Shown here piece by piece: positions 10,413 to 18,434 of a DNA stretch of 28,213 bases. A program made the position numbers and the translations under genes. Where the stretch lies: assembly GCA_043816185.1 (NCBI GenBank), contig JBDRIG010000055.1:1-28213 (forward strand). Direction: 5' to 3'. This stretch comes from Elusimicrobiota bacterium (GTDB lineage Bacteria; Elusimicrobiota; UBA8919). The notes under the pieces were generated by a model. That model made no database searches and was not told where the DNA came from. It saw only the letters and a list, made by a program, of their open reading frames with translations. Each line of letters begins with the position of its first letter. The stretch's first letter is position 1.

Positions 10413-11446
10413 ATATTGGCGGAACTGAAAAAAATCTACTGACGGTTCTGAAGAACCTCAACCATAAGTATGATTTTTTTGTTGGTTATTTGAAAGAAAA
10501 AGGGCAGGTTGCTTATGAGATCGAGAAATTTGGAATTCCTGTTGAAAAATTTAGTTTTTTTTCACTCATAAGTCATCTGAAAAAAAACAAGTATAAAATA
10601 ATTCATACACATCTTTATAGGGCAAATATACTTGGTCGCCTCGCAGGTAAAATTGCCGGAATACCAGCGGTAATTTCTATTCAACAAAGTATTGATAGGT
10701 GGAGAAAATTCTATCACATTTGGCTCGATAAATATACGACACGTTTTTGTGATTTAATAATTGCAAATTCTCGAGCAGCGAAAAATGTTCTTATCGAAGA
10801 AGAAAAAGTTTCAGCAGAAAAAATTGTTGTGATATATAATGGTACTTCCTTTAACTCCGAAGTTGTTGCAAATCGCAAATCAATAAATGAGTTTGTTGTT
10901 GGATGTGTGATGCGATTACATATAGAAAAAGGAGTATATTTAATTCCAGAAATAGCAAAAATTGTGAAAAATTATGATACCTCTAATTTTTCAGATAAAG
11001 GTAAAGATATAAAATTCTCAATTTTTGGCGATGGACCTGAAAGAGATAATTTAAAATTACAAATTACAAATTACAAATTACAAAATGAGGTTAGGCTTTT
11101 TGGGTGGCAAAACGATTTAGAAAAAATTTACAATTCCGTTTATATTTTGTTACTTCCGTCTATAGAGGAATCATTTCCACAAGCGGTACTTGATGCAATG
11201 GCCTTCGGAATACCTGTTGTTGCAACAGACGTCGGGGGACTTTCCGAACTCGTTGAAAACAATAAAACGGGAATCTTAATTAAAAATAGAACACCAGAAG
11301 CATTTGCCAGTGCGATTTTGTCAATAATAAAAGATCAGCGTCTCTATCAGTATTTTTCTGAAAATTCAAGAACAAAAGCGGCCGAATTTACAATTAAAAA
11401 AATGGTAAATTTAACTGATGATATTTATCAAAATCTATCAAAATGA
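10373..11446 (+). CDS. GT4-family (GT-B) glycosyltransferase
   Basis: LNIGGTE, IIHTH, GDGP and PS..ESFP....DAMAFG.PVVATDVGG..E. Confidence 0.92.
   Translation: MDKIKIFHLITSLNIGGTEKNLLTVLKNLNHKYDFFVGYLKEKGQVAYEIEKFGIPVEKFSFFSLISHLKKNKYKIIHTHLYRANILGRLAGKIAGIPAVISIQQSIDRWRKFYHIWLDKYTTRFCDLIIANSRAAKNVLIEEEKVSAEKIVVIYNGTSFNSEVVANRKSINEFVVGCVMRLHIEKGVYLIPEIAKIVKNYDTSNFSDKGKDIKFSIFGDGPERDNLKLQITNYKLQNEVRLFGWQNDLEKIYNSVYILLLPSIEESFPQAVLDAMAFGIPVVATDVGGLSELVENNKTGILIKNRTPEAFASAILSIIKDQRLYQYFSENSRTKAAEFTIKKMVNLTDDIYQNLSK
11054..11081. repeat. (AAATTAC)x4 tandem heptamer inside the GT4 gene
   Basis: Four perfect copies, read directly from the sequence. Confidence 0.95.
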
Positions 11447-12858
11447 TTTGGATTATACTTTTAGTTTCAGCAATAATACGATTGTGGGGAATAAACTTTG
11501 CATTTCCATTACGATATGCTCATATAGATGAATCCGTTGTTATTTTTTATACGACGCGATTTTTTACAGGCGACTTTAATCCAAATCCTTTTTTTGATTA
11601 CCCGACACTTTATCTGTATTTGCTTTTTTTTTGTTATTTTCTGTTTTTTTGCGGCGGATTTATATTTGGAAAATTTGAGGTAATTCACAATTTCATTGTA
11701 TTTTGTAATACCAATGCTGTGCCTTTTGTTTTAATAGGGCGACTTCTCACCGTTGTTTTCTCAGTCACTACAATTTATCTTACCTATTTATTTGCAAAGA
11801 AACTTTTCGATAAAAAAACTGGACTTATAGCAGCACTTTTTCTATCATTGAGTTGGCAGCATATTTTAAGTTCACATTATGCTACAACCGATATCGCAGC
11901 AACATTTTTTTCATTACTTTCTATCTACTTTATATGGGATATTTACACGAAAAATGACTTAAAAGCATATCTTTTAGCAGGATTTTTTTGTGGGCTTTCC
12001 ATTGCTGTAAAATACTACGGTGGAATCCTTTTTTTGGCAATAATTTTATTCGGCTGGAAAAATAAAAAATATATTTTATATTCATTTTTTGTAACAATAG
12101 CTGGTTTTTTTGTTGGCTGTCCGTATGCTTTTATCGATTACGTGAGTTTTTGTGAGAGGTTTATTGATAGATTCAATCTGATTGTTGGCGGAAAAAAATC
12201 AAAATTGTTTCATGGATTTTTAAGTTATCCCAATATTGTGATTACAGGTTTAGGGCATTTTTTAACAGTAACATCTGTTTTAGGAATTGGATTTTTAGTA
12301 GTGAAAAAAATTAAACAAAATATTTTTTTACTTATAATTATTTCAATTTTAATAATATTTTTTGGCAGTTGGAAGGGGCTTTCAAGACACTACATACTTG
12401 TACTTTATCCACTTTTTGCTACAATATCTGCGGTTGTTGTTTTGAAAATTAGAAGTAAAATTATCTTTTTCATTGCCGTTGGTTTATTTATTATTGCCTC
12501 ACTTCCTAAAATTATAAAAACAGATATTTTGCTGTCTCAAAAAGATACACGCGTTACTTCGAGAGAATGGGTTTTAAAAAATATTCCAGAAAAAGCAAAA
12601 ATACTTAGAGGTCATTTTTGTCCAGAATTTCCAAAAGACAATTATTCTGTAACTATTGACTGGTATAGCAAAATAAAAAATGGTGATTTTGCAAAAATAC
12701 GCAAAGATTTTGATTATGTAATTACAAGTTCTCTTCACACAGATTCAGAAATGTTTACCAATAATCTTGAAAATTATGGAACTAAAATATATGAAATATC
12801 CAAAAAATCATTTGGTGAATTTCAAAACCCGACGATAAAAATCTATAAATTAAAATAA
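11443..12858 (+). CDS. Multi-TM GT-C fold glycosyltransferase (ArnT/PMT-like)
   Basis: RLWGI.F..P, HIDE, GDFNP.PFFDYP, GRLL, SHYATTD, KY and DTR....EW. Confidence 0.85.
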   Translation: MIWIILLVSAIIRLWGINFAFPLRYAHIDESVVIFYTTRFFTGDFNPNPFFDYPTLYLYLLFFCYFLFFCGGFIFGKFEVIHNFIVFCNTNAVPFVLIGRLLTVVFSVTTIYLTYLFAKKLFDKKTGLIAALFLSLSWQHILSSHYATTDIAATFFSLLSIYFIWDIYTKNDLKAYLLAGFFCGLSIAVKYYGGILFLAIILFGWKNKKYILYSFFVTIAGFFVGCPYAFIDYVSFCERFIDRFNLIVGGKKSKLFHGFLSYPNIVITGLGHFLTVTSVLGIGFLVVKKIKQNIFLLIIISILIIFFGSWKGLSRHYILVLYPLFATISAVVVLKIRSKIIFFIAVGLFIIASLPKIIKTDILLSQKDTRVTSREWVLKNIPEKAKILRGHFCPEFPKDNYSVTIDWYSKIKNGDFAKIRKDFDYVITSSLHTDSEMFTNNLENYGTKIYEISKKSFGEFQNPTIKIYKLK

Positions 12859-12863
12859 TTGCA

Positions 12864-12903
12864 TTTGGTTGTGGCAGATTTATTTTGGTTGCAGCAGATT
12901 TAC
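12864..12903. repeat. 20-bp tandem duplication, intergenic
   Basis: TTTGGTTGTGGCAGATTTAT and TTTGGTTGCAGCAGATTTAC (17/20 identical). Confidence 0.85.
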
Positions 12904-12991
12904 AGAAAACAATTACGGTGGTTAATGACGATAATTTTATCTTCACGATCGATGTTTTTATTATTACCATTTTATCGCTACTGATCTATTT

Positions 12992-13747
12992 ATGATAAAA
13001 AATAAAAAAGTTATTGTTGTGATGCCAGCATATAATGCCGAAAAAACACTTGAAGAAACATATCTTGATATTCCAAAAGATATTGTTGATGAAATTATTC
13101 TTGTCGATGACGTCTCAAAAGATCAAACAGTTGAAATTGCTATGTCACTTGGTATAAAAACTATTGTTCACGAAAAAAATACAGGTTATGGCGGAAATCA
13201 GAAAACATGTTACCGCGAAGCGTTGAAAGATGGTGCCGACATAATTATTATGATTCATCCTGATTATCAGTATGATGCACGACTAACACCGTATATCGCT
13301 GGGATTGTTGCCGACGATATTTGTGACATTGTTTTAGGCAATAGAATTAGAACAAGGCAAGAAGCACTTTTAGGTGGAATGCCGTTTTATAAATATATTG
13401 CAAACAGGGTTTTAACAATTATTGAAAATTTCCTTTTAGGGCAGAATCTTGGTGAATTTCACTCGGGATTCAGAGCCTATTCAAGAAAAGTTCTTGAAAC
13501 GATACGTTGGGAAGAAAATTCTAATGATTTTGTTTTTGATCAACAATTTTTAATTAAAGCTGTTGCTTGTAAATTAAAAATTGGCGATATACCTGTCCCA
13601 GCAAAATATTTTCCCGAAGCATCGTCCATAAATTTTTTAAGAAGTTGTAAGTATGGTATATCTGGTTTGATTTTTGCCTTTAGATGTCTGTTGCATCGGA
13701 CAGGAGTGATTCACAGCAAAATTTTTACTCCATTAAATAAGCATTAG
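12992..13747 (+). CDS. GT2-family (DPM1-like) polyprenyl-phosphate glycosyltransferase
   Basis: [47 protein letters not shown] and FVFD. Confidence 0.92.
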   Translation: MIKNKKVIVVMPAYNAEKTLEETYLDIPKDIVDEIILVDDVSKDQTVEIAMSLGIKTIVHEKNTGYGGNQKTCYREALKDGADIIIMIHPDYQYDARLTPYIAGIVADDICDIVLGNRIRTRQEALLGGMPFYKYIANRVLTIIENFLLGQNLGEFHSGFRAYSRKVLETIRWEENSNDFVFDQQFLIKAVACKLKIGDIPVPAKYFPEASSINFLRSCKYGISGLIFAFRCLLHRTGVIHSKIFTPLNKH

Positions 13748-13884
13748 TATCTAACAAGACAAACAGAAAATCAAAAAAAGAGAAATTAGAGAATTGTATA
13801 ATGACAATCACACACCATTGCACAATCGTTCCGAGCAGTAAATAAATTATCTATATAATTTGGCTTTTAAACTGCGTAAAAAAA

Positions 13885-15810
13885 ATGATGAAAAAAATAT
13901 TTTATTTTCTCACGTTTTGTTGGATGGCAATCGTTGTGTGCTTATATTTTTTGAAATTCCCATTGCCTAATTTTGCACAACATATTTCGGAATTGTTTTT
14001 TTTATTTGTTTTGCTTTTTGCATCGTTTCAAATCGGAAATTTTTTGTTAAATAAATTCGATTTAATTTTGTCGGCTTATTCAAAAATTCCCCTTGCTATT
14101 GGTATTGGATTTGCAATATTTTCAATAATTACATTTTTTTTAGGTAGTCTTGGATTTTTGTATAAACCTGTTTTTTATATCTTGTTTTTCACCCCCCTTT
14201 TTTTCCTAATAAAAAATTTTAAATGTTGTAAAAAAGTAGAATTACCCTCTTTTAATTTATCGGAAATATTTTTAGTCATAATTTTTTTTGTTTTTTTTGG
14301 AATTGCATTTATTGGAGCATTAACGCCACCAACATTTTACGATTCGCTGGTTTACCACTTAGCTGTTCCTTCGCAGTATCTCAAAAATCATAAGATTATA
14401 AAAATTACAACCAATCTTTTTTCAAACTTTCCACAAAATATTGAAATGCTTTATACGCTATCACTTGTGTTGTGTAATGACATCCTTGCTAATCTCATAC
14501 ATTTTGTTTTTTTCCCCTTAACATCACTTCTTATGTATGGATTTCTAAAAGAAAAATATAACAAGAAAATATCCATTTTTTCGTCTTTGATTTTTTCAAC
14601 AACGCCGGCTATTGTTATATTGGCATCAGGAACGTATATTGATTTAGGACTTACATTTTATCTTTTCTTAAGTTTTATTTCTCTTATGAAATGGGTACAA
14701 ACACAACAAAACAAATGGCTTATTTTGGCAGGATTTTTATGCGGGTTTTCTTTGGGAATAAAATACACTGCTGGGATTTCCGTAGTAATTTTTATTCTAA
14801 TAATTTCCTACGATTGCTTTCTAAAAAAACAAAACATTTTTTTTAAAATAGCATTATTTATAACGGCCACGTTTTTGGTTTTTCTACCATGGCTTGTTAA
14901 AAATTATATTTTTACAGGAAATCCAACCTTCCCGTTTTATATTTTCAGTAATGTTCCCGATTACATACAAAAATACCTATTGCATGTTTCTCAACATGGA
15001 ATGTCTGGAATCCTTGGTTTTCTTAGTTTACCGTGGAATATAACGATGGATGGTACTAAATTTGGAGGGGGTTTTGATATTATAGGCCCGTTTTATCTTA
15101 TTTTTTTGCCCGCTTTACTTCTAATAACAAAAACGGATAAACTTATAAAAATATGTTTTGTATATTTAGCATTATATTTCCTTTTTTGGTCATTTTCTTG
15201 CAAGGTTTTAAGGTTTCTTATTCCGATATTTCCAATTGCCGCAGTTGTTTTTTCTGTGTGTATTTTTGAGTTTATCAATGGTCAGAAATTAGTTGAAAGC
15301 ATTGTAAAAATTATTTTTTCCGTTATAATAATATCTAATTTTGTCGTTTTGATATTTATACAGAATTTTATAGTACCTCTTCCTCAATTATTTGGAAATA
15401 TTACAAAAGATGATTATCTTTTTTCAAATGTTCTTAATCCAAATAATTTTTATAGTGCTGCGAAATTTATGAATAAGACATTTGACGCTACCTCAAAAAC
15501 GCTTTTTGTCGGCGAAAGCAGAAGTTATTATACAAATTTTGATACAATATCAAGTAGTCCTTTTGATCCAGATGTTTTTACGGATATGGCAAACAATTCA
15601 AAAACAGCAGAAGAACTTTTATGCAATCTACAAAATGCTGGTTTTACAAATATTTTTTGGAATCATGCGGAATACGAACGGCTTAGAAATGGTTTCAGAC
15701 CAAATAATTTTACAGAACAGTCGGTTAAAATTGTAGATATTTTCAAAGAAAAGTATTTAAATTTGTTATATCAAAACAAGGGGCTTTGCGTTTATAATAT
15801 AAAAAAATAG
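13885..15810 (+). CDS. Large multi-TM GT-C fold glycosyltransferase-like membrane protein
   Basis: PP..YDSLVYHL..P, SNFP, YID, KY, PWLVKNY..TGNP.FP and RFLIP. Start is either 13885 or 13888. Confidence 0.75.
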   Translation: MMKKIFYFLTFCWMAIVVCLYFLKFPLPNFAQHISELFFLFVLLFASFQIGNFLLNKFDLILSAYSKIPLAIGIGFAIFSIITFFLGSLGFLYKPVFYILFFTPLFFLIKNFKCCKKVELPSFNLSEIFLVIIFFVFFGIAFIGALTPPTFYDSLVYHLAVPSQYLKNHKIIKITTNLFSNFPQNIEMLYTLSLVLCNDILANLIHFVFFPLTSLLMYGFLKEKYNKKISIFSSLIFSTTPAIVILASGTYIDLGLTFYLFLSFISLMKWVQTQQNKWLILAGFLCGFSLGIKYTAGISVVIFILIISYDCFLKKQNIFFKIALFITATFLVFLPWLVKNYIFTGNPTFPFYIFSNVPDYIQKYLLHVSQHGMSGILGFLSLPWNITMDGTKFGGGFDIIGPFYLIFLPALLLITKTDKLIKICFVYLALYFLFWSFSCKVLRFLIPIFPIAAVVFSVCIFEFINGQKLVESIVKIIFSVIIISNFVVLIFIQNFIVPLPQLFGNITKDDYLFSNVLNPNNFYSAAKFMNKTFDATSKTLFVGESRSYYTNFDTISSSPFDPDVFTDMANNSKTAEELLCNLQNAGFTNIFWNHAEYERLRNGFRPNNFTEQSVKIVDIFKEKYLNLLYQNKGLCVYNIKK

Positions 15811-15838
15811 TTGCATTGGTGGTGTTGGTATTAATCAA

Positions 15839-16849
15839 ATGATTTATTATCTTTACTCGTTTTTGATATCTTTTTTTGTGGCAATTATTACAACACCGAT
15901 TTTAATAATTATTGCAAGGAAATACGGTATTAAAGATCATCCGATTACATCTGTAAAAACACACAAAATTGCCACCCCATATCTCGGCGGGCTTGCGATA
16001 TTTTTTGGGTTTGCAGTATCGCTTCTTACAATCAGATGTATTACAAATTTTCCAACAGGTACCTTGAGATCCCTACGCGGGATTATAATTGGATCGATTT
16101 TTGTAATAATAATTGGTTTGATTGACGACTTAAGAACTATTGGGTTTAAGATAAAATTTTTATTACAGGTAATTATTGCAATTATTCTAATTAGTTTTGA
16201 TATAAGAATAAAATTTATTCAACCTCAATATTTATCTGATATTCTCACTATAATTTGGGTAGTTGGAATTATAAATGCTATCAATATCATTGATATAATG
16301 AACGGTTTGGCATCAGGTGTTTCGTTTATAGCAGCAATGACTTTTCTTTTTATAGCACTTCCAACAGAAGAGATGTATGTTAATCTTACAGCCGTGGCGT
16401 TGGCGGGCGGAATTTTTGGTTTTATTAGATATAATTTTCCAAAAGCAAAAATTTTTATGGGCGATACTGGCAGTATGTTTCTTGGTTTTATTTTGGCGGT
16501 TTTATCGTTGGGAACATCCTACACAAAAATCAATAACATAGCACTTTATTCTCCAATTCTTATTCTCGGAGTTCCTATTTATGATACACTATATGTGATG
16601 TATTTGCGAGCTAAATTAGGTAAATCTCCATTTTTGGGAAGTAGGGATCATTTTGCACTTCGTCTCGAAGCAGTTGGATTAACCAGAAAAAATGTTGTAA
16701 TTTTAATCTGGTTAATTTCCATAATTTTAAGCCTTACCGCTTTTGCTATATCACGGGTTCAATTATTTGTTGCAATTATAATTTATGCATTAATACTTGC
16801 ATTGGCAATTTTGGGAGGTTGGGAACTTTCCAAAATCAAAATGGAGTAA
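15839..16849 (+). CDS. MraY/WecA/TagO-family polyprenyl-phosphate N-acetylhexosamine-1-phosphate transferase
   Basis: D.P.....H...TP.LGGLAI, GLIDD, NA.N..D..NGL, YNFP.AKIFMGDTGS, P..DT and DH. About 11 TM segments. Confidence 0.9.
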   Translation: MIYYLYSFLISFFVAIITTPILIIIARKYGIKDHPITSVKTHKIATPYLGGLAIFFGFAVSLLTIRCITNFPTGTLRSLRGIIIGSIFVIIIGLIDDLRTIGFKIKFLLQVIIAIILISFDIRIKFIQPQYLSDILTIIWVVGIINAINIIDIMNGLASGVSFIAAMTFLFIALPTEEMYVNLTAVALAGGIFGFIRYNFPKAKIFMGDTGSMFLGFILAVLSLGTSYTKINNIALYSPILILGVPIYDTLYVMYLRAKLGKSPFLGSRDHFALRLEAVGLTRKNVVILIWLISIILSLTAFAISRVQLFVAIIIYALILALAILGGWELSKIKME

Positions 16850-16926
16850 AAATTTTAGGCAGACAAAAACTGATGTAAACAGATGATAAAATTGGTAGAA
16901 ATCGGTTAGTTATCTGTATCGTTTAA

Positions 16927-17043
16927 CAGACTGTGTCGCAATCCATCTTTTACCATCTAGTGTTGGATTGCAGTACCATATTTTACCATCAGTTACTATC
17001 TTCTATAAAAATGCAACTTTTTAGCTCATTGCGACACAGTCTC
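16927..17043. mobile_element. 117-bp MITE, copy 1
   Basis: Perfect 15-bp inverted repeats AGACTGTGTCGCAAT (16928-16942) and ATTGCGACACAGTCT (17028-17042). Flanked by TAA direct repeats (16924-16926, 17044-17046). 115/117 identical to 19761-19877. Confidence 0.93.
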
Positions 17044-17099
17044 TAACTCAGTGTATATCTTTTTAACCAGCCCTTTATTTTTGCTTACATTATCTTTTT

Positions 17100-18434
17100 A
17101 TGAAAATTGATACAGTAATACTTGGTGGTGGCATTACGGGTTTATCCGTCGCATACCACTTATCTCAAAAAGATCCATTTGGAAAAAATGAAAAATATAT
17201 CTTGCTTGAAAAAGAGCATAGTGTTGGCGGATTGTGTAAATCCGTCACTGATAAAGAAGGTTTTACTTATGACTACACAGGGCACCTGCTTCACATAAAA
17301 GTTCCATACGTAAAAAAACTTGTTAAAAAATTGCTAAGAAAAAATCTTACTTTGAAAAATCGTAATTCATGGATTTATTCAAATCCTGCCAATACGCGTA
17401 TGGGCGGAACCTTCACACGATATCCATTCCAAGCAAATCTCTTTGGACTTCCAGAAAAAATAATTTACGAATGTATAAAAGATTTTGCAGAATCAAAACT
17501 TCTCAATCCTCAACCTTCAATCTACAAGCCGCAACTCTGTTTCTATGATTGGTGTACTTCAACTTTTGGTAAAGGTATATCAAAATACTTTATGATTCCA
17601 TATAACGAAAAACTCTGGAATATGGACATAAAAAAATTGACGTGTGATTGGCTTGGCAATTATGTTCCACAACCAACTTTGCATGAAGTAATAAGCGGTG
17701 CTTTTGCCGATAGTAATAAAAAAATTGGTTATAACGCTACTTTTTTTTATCCTAAAAATGGAGGAATCCAATCGCTCATCGATAAATTAAAAACCTCAAA
17801 CATAAAAACCGACGTGAAAATAGTATCTATAAATGTCTCAAAAAAACTCATTAAAACAAGTATTGGTGATATAGAGTATAAAAATCTTATATCCACAATT
17901 CCACTACCAGAACTTGTAAAAGTTATAAAAGACATACCGACAAATATAAAAGATATGGCAACAAAATTAAGATGGACATCGGTATTGAATATAAATTTTG
18001 GTATAAAAAGAGAAAATATTTCTGATAAACATTGGGTATATTTTCCGGAAAAAAAATTTAGTTTTTACAGAGCAGGTTTTTATCATAATTTTTCCAAATC
18101 ACTTTGTCCTGATGGGACGTCCTCAATGTATGTAGAAATTTCTTGTCGAAATGGGAAAATCGATAAAGAAAAAATGTTTAAAAAAACCATTGGCGAATTA
18201 AAATCCGCAGGGATATTAAAGTTTTCCGACAAAATAATTTCAAAATGTATTCTCGACATTCAGTATGCATATGTGGTTTACGATAAAAATAGAAACATGG
18301 CCGTTAAAGCAATTCAAAAATATCTACAAAATAAATCCATATTTTCTATTGGCAGATATGGTGGATGGAAATATTCAACAATGGAGAATTCGATTTTGGA
18401 AGGACGAGATATGATAAAATGGCTGAAAAAATAA
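17100..18434 (+). CDS. FAD-dependent oxidoreductase, UDP-galactopyranose mutase-like / HemY-like fold
   Basis: GGGITG dinucleotide motif, GGLCKS...EGFTYD.TGH, YPFQ, PYNEKLW, F.YP..GG, HWVYFPE, AY and GRYGGWKY. Confidence 0.8.
   Translation: MKIDTVILGGGITGLSVAYHLSQKDPFGKNEKYILLEKEHSVGGLCKSVTDKEGFTYDYTGHLLHIKVPYVKKLVKKLLRKNLTLKNRNSWIYSNPANTRMGGTFTRYPFQANLFGLPEKIIYECIKDFAESKLLNPQPSIYKPQLCFYDWCTSTFGKGISKYFMIPYNEKLWNMDIKKLTCDWLGNYVPQPTLHEVISGAFADSNKKIGYNATFFYPKNGGIQSLIDKLKTSNIKTDVKIVSINVSKKLIKTSIGDIEYKNLISTIPLPELVKVIKDIPTNIKDMATKLRWTSVLNINFGIKRENISDKHWVYFPEKKFSFYRAGFYHNFSKSLCPDGTSSMYVEISCRNGKIDKEKMFKKTIGELKSAGILKFSDKIISKCILDIQYAYVVYDKNRNMAVKAIQKYLQNKSIFSIGRYGGWKYSTMENSILEGRDMIKWLKK
17501..17535. 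repeat. Degenerate heptamer array x5 inside the FAD oxidoreductase gene
   Basis: TCTCAAT CCTCAAC CTTCAAT CTACAAG CCGCAAC. Confidence 0.8.

Noticed and set aside
11624..11632. Poly-T and poly-A runs in glycosyltransferase genes as phase-variation tracts
   Set aside because: Runs of 8-9 T or A are expected in AT-rich, Phe/Lys-rich genes. No long G/C tracts are present.
16947..16963. NrdR-box-like ATCTAGTGT inside the MITE
   Set aside because: Only one half-site matches and there is no nucleotide-metabolism gene nearby.
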